Assembly: GCA_965655095.1 (NCBI GenBank)
Contig: OZ296656.1
Span: 13,144,001-13,208,000, forward strand
Direction of reading: 5' to 3'
Source of the DNA: Haplodiscus bocki
Lineage: Eukaryota
Length of the DNA stretch: 64,000 nucleotides
Part shown: one piece after another, positions 62,434-64,000 of the stretch
Numbering within the stretch: the stretch's first letter is position 1
Layout of the letters: each line of letters begins with the position of its first letter
Made by a program: the position numbers and the translations under genes
The notes under the pieces: model-generated
Told to the model about the DNA's origin: nothing
What the model saw: only the letters and a program-made list of their open reading frames with translations
Database searches by the model: none

Positions 62434-62649
62434 TTGGCTCCACTGGAACACTAACAAATGCATTTCATGATCCAGCAATAACCATGACAGCTCTGACAAC
62501 CTGTTCATATCTGACCGGACACATTTAAAAATCCGTACCAACAAAATTTAATATCCGGCGAAGTCCCGCCCACATCAACTTTAATATCTGTCAAAACACA
62601 GATACTGAATGCTCGGAATTACAATTCGTTTTCTACTGCGACAATCATT

Positions 62650-63630
62650 CTACCACTTGTTCTCAATAGTGGTACCTCTACCCCAAATGGACGAAAACAC
62701 GGCAATTAAAAAGGATGTGGGGGCAGAATTTTTGGCAGTGTCAGAAAATTTGATGGAGGTTTTGCTTGTAACGAGAGATCAACTTGACAAATGTATTAGT
62801 TCAAGCAAGTATCGAATATGCCATGAAACTTTGGCCACAAAAAATAAAGACTCGTCATGCCTCGTAATTTTATATTTTGGAATTATCATGGATGCGTTAG
62901 AAGTCTGTGAAACAGTCACAGTCCCACTACCACTGAAAGCTGAAGCAACAAATCTGGGATATGGAGTATGGCTAATAACTTCAGCCAACGCCAACTTCGA
63001 ATTCAGAGAAAATTATATGGATGCTAAAACATTGGCAGGTTCGAAAACAGTCAAAGGATGTAGAATCTGCGTAATAACGCTAGAATGAGGTAAACAGTTA
63101 ACTGGTGAAAATAACAGGATCCGGTCTGACCTATCGTCATGTGCAAAAGTCCCACCAGTCAAACTGGACAAGGAACTGCCTCAACCAATGGCACGCTTTT
63201 CAGCCTATTGCCAACAGTGGATGAACTACCTTACTACAATACGAAACTGGAGGCTAATATGAAACTATTGAAGTCGGTCAAACTCGAACTTCAAACCCAA
63301 CCACAATATGGCTACAGAAAGAACATTCAACAAATAGCTGAAGCCATCGCACAGAAACTAACGATGCTAAAGCCCTCTTTTGAAAAACAATTCAAAAACT
63401 ATTTATCCTGGAAAAGTCAATTGGTTAGTGGAAATGCAGTAGTGATCCTTAGTGCGGTACTACACTTGGGACTAATGTTGGCGCTACACCGCTACAAAAA
63501 ACTCCACAAATTCCAACCCCTCTCTCACAAACTGGACAAACAAAAAATTCCCCTAAAACCAATAATGGTGGTAGAAGACCAACACTTTGATCGGGTACAG
63601 GATGATGAAAATTTCCGAAGGCGTAATTAA
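62650..63630 (+). pseudogene. env-like glycoprotein, C-terminal half (baculovirus F/errantivirus env-like)
   Basis: VPLP..EFLAVSE..QLDKC..ICHE..SSCL..C..LGYGVWLI..GCRIC..C Cys pattern, then TM (LVSGNAVVILSAVLHLGLMLAL) and cytoplasmic tail just before the 3' LTR. Confidence 0.75.
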
Positions 63631-63806
63631 AGCTCACTACTACCCGAATCTCAACTGATGGATACCAGAGAAGAAAGTGCACCCACATATGCAGAGCTCA
63701 ATCGACAAATGCACCGAATTTAAAGAAGAAGTAGCCTGCAAGAAAGCATGGATAATATTTCATCAAATAAAAATAGAGCCGGAGAAATAAGCTTAACGTC
63801 GGCTAG

Positions 63807-64000
63807 TGTAATATTCTAACCAAAATTCTAAGATTAATTATATTCTAATTGGAGAATCTTGATCCCAATCTAATTCAATTTTATTTCATCAAACCTAGGA
63901 GCTACTAGATTCTTTGATGTATCTTTTCTTGACAACGAACCCTCCCCTAACCGGAAATATTAATATCCGGAAACATAAACAACTAATGAATCAGTGGGCA
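63807..64000 (+). repeat. 3' LTR (truncated by window end)
   Basis: Ungapped match to 52780-52973, 17 mismatches in 194 bp by hand count. Confidence 0.92.

Larger units (their letters stand above)
52780..64000 (+). mobile_element. Ty3/Gypsy LTR retrotransposon with macrodomain and env-like gene, decayed
   Basis: Two LTRs, PBS, gag, PR-RT-RH-IN order, env-like remnant before the 3' LTR. Confidence 0.95.

Overview
Eukaryotic (animal, probably invertebrate), AT-rich, repeat-dominated genomic window. Host genes: the 5' part of an annexin A7/A11-like gene (minus strand, ~9.5-11.3 kb) and a complete two-exon MBLAC1-like metallo-beta-lactamase gene (minus strand, 21528-29809). The rest is mostly mobile DNA: (i) the right-hand 7 kb of a decayed Polinton/Maverick (adintovirus-like) element with major capsid, core-like protein, minor capsid, RVE integrase, packaging ATPase, a small 2-TM protein, a DEDD-like nuclease, an EGF-like gene and a canonical AGTAGTAGT terminus at 7022; (ii) several CR1/L2-type LINEs, one near full length with a PHD-finger ORF1 preceded by a separate SGNH-esterase-like ORF, another flanked by a 73-bp direct repeat; (iii) an internally deleted FLYWCH-MULE transposon with TIRs and 8-bp TSD; (iv) a >11-kb Ty3/Gypsy element with gag, -1 frameshift site, pol, a TARG1/DarG-type macrodomain, unexplained accessory ORFs and an env (F-protein-like) remnant; (v) several satellites and dispersed repeats. 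The most novel-looking signals are the EGF-like gene inside the Polinton and the macrodomain+accessory+env cargo of the Gypsy element. All calls are by eye and motif recall; no searches were run, and counts are hand counts.
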